Origin: a virus
Length of the DNA: 64,000 nucleotides
Reading direction: 5' to 3' (one strand)
IMG/VR virus record: IMGVR_UViG_3300031251_000970
Location: 17,877-81,876 of that record
In this document: positions 61,761 to 64,000 of the stretch, piece after piece
How positions within the stretch are numbered: position 1 is the first letter of the stretch
Layout: each line of letters starts with the position of its first letter
Notes under the pieces: model-generated
The model's input: the letters and a program-made list of their open reading frames with translations, nothing else
Databases searched by the model: none
Told to the model about the DNA's origin: nothing
Program-made: the position numbers and the translations under genes

Positions 61761-64000
61761 ACTGAACTCCTCGATCCGGTGCGATTGCTGAATGCTCTAC
61801 GAATTACCGCTGAAGCCGCTGGCGGTTGAATGGCACCAATCGAGCCGTTTCCGTTGTTCAGTACCGGATTGCCGTTGATGTCGTATTTGATCGGTGCGTA
61901 TCCGGAGGCGAGGGCTTTCAGGAGTGACGATCCTGCTGCCGGTGTGTAATCGCCATTCCCCGCACCCGTCCCGCTGACGGACTTGTCAGAGGTGAAGTTC
62001 ATCGTCGCTGAGCCGCCCGTACCGGCCTGATTTTGCAATAGGGAAAATGAGCCGATTCCGGAGAATTCATTCTCGAATGCTCCTCGAGCTACTGCTCCCG
62101 CGTTCGAGACGTAATCAACTCCATACAACTCAGGCCAGTTGCCGACGCGATTACCCGACGCACCACCATCGGCGGTGAATGTATCCGTCTTGATGTTGTA
62201 ACTGTCTGCTGAAGTGGAGGTCGAACCGAAGGCGTTTCCAATCACGCTGACGTCGGACAGCAAGTAGGAAACGGTCCCCTTGCTGTTGTAGCACATATTC
62301 GCTCGCTCGCCTGCGACCGTGTTGTGCCATACGACCGTGTGAGGCATTGTCGCTGTCATCGAGTCATTGTGGATTGCGAGGGCGATGCTCGTTCCTGATT
62401 TCACCTCGACGATGTTGCCGACGCAAGCTATCCCGACCGCAAACGCGGTGGAGTTTTGGCCCGCGTTGAGTCCGACTCCAGCACTCGTAAGTGCAAGCCC
62501 CATGACTTTGTTGTACTCGCAGAAAAATGGATCGCTGAGCGGTCCGGTGGTGGACTCTCCCTGGAAATCAGTCGATCCAATTCCAGCATTTTGTACGTAA
62601 CAACCAACATAGCGATAGCAGCCGAAAAAATGTGTGACGGCGGCCGAGCAAGGCAGCGAGCAACCATCGAACCAGTGACAAATGCGAGCCCCAAACGAAT
62701 CTCCAAATCCAAATTTGCTTGCGTCATTGAATGTGCAGCCCGAGAAAAACACGGCAGCGGATCGATAACCAAAACCAGATACTGTTGTATTGTCGGCTTG
62801 GCCGTTCGAATCCATCGTGCAGTTCAAGAAACTCAAGTAGTTTGTTCCGCTCGAACCGTCGAACCAGTTCGCTCCGGCTGCGAGTTGGTATTTGATTCCC
62901 TCGTATGACAAATGAGGCGTGCTGTATGCCGCCGTCCCCGTCAATTGCAACGTGACCGTTCCGTCACCAGGATAAACTTGGACTTGTCGAAAGTAACCTT
63001 TAGATGGAGGGGTCGTGACAGACGCCCCGAGGACGTTCCCCGTGCCTGCTCGCACATAAATAATGTTCGCACTCGCAGCGGTTATAGCTCCCGCGATAGT
63101 CAGATAAGGGGAAGCGTTCGCGGTCACTAGATTTGAACTACTGACGCCTGATCCGTCACTTCCAGTCGAGAAATTAACAACGGCATAAACGTTCATTGAG
63201 GCAGATTTGTCGTTGTAGTAGGTATAATTGCATTGCCCGGTCAAAATATTGTTGTCTGTGACCGATGGTGTGTTTGAGTCAAATACCGCTCCGGAGTCTC
63301 CGACCTTCGGGTAAACAACATATCTGGCTGTGATCGCATCGCCCTGCGTCAGCGTCGACAGATTGCATGTCGCGGCCCACTCTTCGACGTAATAGCCAGT
63401 CGCTGATCGCAATCGACTTTGGATCGTTGCCGCCGTTGTTACCGTATGCGAATGGGCATCTGTCAGAATGATGTCTACGGCCGCGACCCCGTACATATGC
63501 CGAGCAGAAACGGCTAATGTTGGATTCGATTGCCACCGATCAAAAGGCCGTTGAGCCCACTGAGTAATGCATTTTGGATAGCTCAGTCCACTCGAATTCG
63601 TGCAAGACAACCCTGAGACCGCATTCGACGTTTGAGCAGAACCTCCGGTGTTGATAAAGCACCCGGCTGCAATTGAAATCGTCACTGTGTCCGTCGATCG
63701 AATGCGGCTATTCAATGCCACCCGAACGATAATGTCTGAACCGCTGACCGTCTCATCGTTGCTGGCATCACTGGGATACGCCTTCCGAACGACATGGTCT
63801 AAATACAACGTGCGAGTTGGGGCTGTAACGTTTTTACTGCCGTCATATCCAGTCGCTGTGACGGTCAAAACGCCCTTGACAGTCCCTGCGACAACATCAC
63901 CAAACGAAAACGTCTCGCCGGTTGTAAATCCGAGAACTTTTATGTTCGCGGTCCATCCGTCAGCGTTAATCGTCACTGAGCTAATATCGCCAGTCGCCAT
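61757..64000 (-). CDS. right-handed beta-helix (pectin-lyase-like) protein, putative depolymerase/spike
   Basis: SPYLTIAGAI...IIYVRAGT; Asn ladders; C-terminal cap GDYTP..GS.L...DINGNP...SIGAIQ; the ATG sits at the window edge, so the start may extend. Confidence 0.7.
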   Translation of the reverse strand: MATGDISSVTINADGWTANIKVLGFTTGETFSFGDVVAGTVKGVLTVTATGYDGSKNVTAPTRTLYLDHVVRKAYPSDASNDETVSGSDIIVRVALNSRIRSTDTVTISIAAGCFINTGGSAQTSNAVSGLSCTNSSGLSYPKCITQWAQRPFDRWQSNPTLAVSARHMYGVAAVDIILTDAHSHTVTTAATIQSRLRSATGYYVEEWAATCNLSTLTQGDAITARYVVYPKVGDSGAVFDSNTPSVTDNNILTGQCNYTYYNDKSASMNVYAVVNFSTGSDGSGVSSSNLVTANASPYLTIAGAITAASANIIYVRAGTGNVLGASVTTPPSKGYFRQVQVYPGDGTVTLQLTGTAAYSTPHLSYEGIKYQLAAGANWFDGSSGTNYLSFLNCTMDSNGQADNTTVSGFGYRSAAVFFSGCTFNDASKFGFGDSFGARICHWFDGCSLPCSAAVTHFFGCYRYVGCYVQNAGIGSTDFQGESTTGPLSDPFFCEYNKVMGLALTSAGVGLNAGQNSTAFAVGIACVGNIVEVKSGTSIALAIHNDSMTATMPHTVVWHNTVAGERANMCYNSKGTVSYLLSDVSVIGNAFGSTSTSADSYNIKTDTFTADGGASGNRVGNWPELYGVDYVSNAGAVARGAFENEFSGIGSFSLLQNQAGTGGSATMNFTSDKSVSGTGAGNGDYTPAAGSSLLKALASGYAPIKYDINGNPVLNNGNGSIGAIQPPAASAVIRRAFSNRTGSRSSV

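Noticed and set aside
1-64000. CRISPR array, rRNA, integrase/att site, IS element, contractile sheath
   Set aside because: No regularly spaced repeats, RNA gene signatures, recombinase or transposase motifs, or sheath gene were recognised by eye; a computational scan could still find weak cases

Overview
The window is a 64-kb stretch of a tailed dsDNA phage or prophage. It has an HK97-type head and a long non-contractile tail (no sheath gene seen), and almost every gene is on the minus strand. In transcription order (64000 to 1) it carries: seven Thr/Ser/Gly-rich virion accessory genes including an SGNH esterase; an HNH gene; small and large terminase; an unusually long portal polyprotein; a RimI-like GNAT; a MuF-GNAT fusion; an island of small early genes with its own sigma70 promoters; prohead protease; major capsid protein; decoration and neck proteins; tail tube; tail chaperones with a -1 frameshift; tape measure; tail tip genes including Cys/poly-Ser proteins; a glycosyltransferase/methyltransferase cluster; ExoX; many small hypotheticals; an O-like replication initiator with internal iterons; DnaB; DUF1643; and a coupled pair made of a C-terminal Gly-Gly protein and a Cys/His partner. 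The RimI-like gene and Cys-rich tail modules suggest a Planctomycete host (inference). I could not recognise an integrase, repressor, endolysin, tRNA, CRISPR array or reverse transcriptase. The strongest leads are: (1) a putative capsid cargo-loading and processing system, since the portal is fused to iPPase, Zn-finger and metallopeptidase domains, carries a 12/14-identical copy of the mature capsid N-arm behind an HK97-like K-S cleavage site, and shares an R-x(2-3)-GKWTS tag with two other proteins; (2) a possible ubiquitin-like GG protein plus partner enzyme; (3) a possible virion glycosylation system next to poly-Ser tail proteins and three tandem genes sharing a Cys leader. All family assignments come from recognising motifs by eye, not from database searches.
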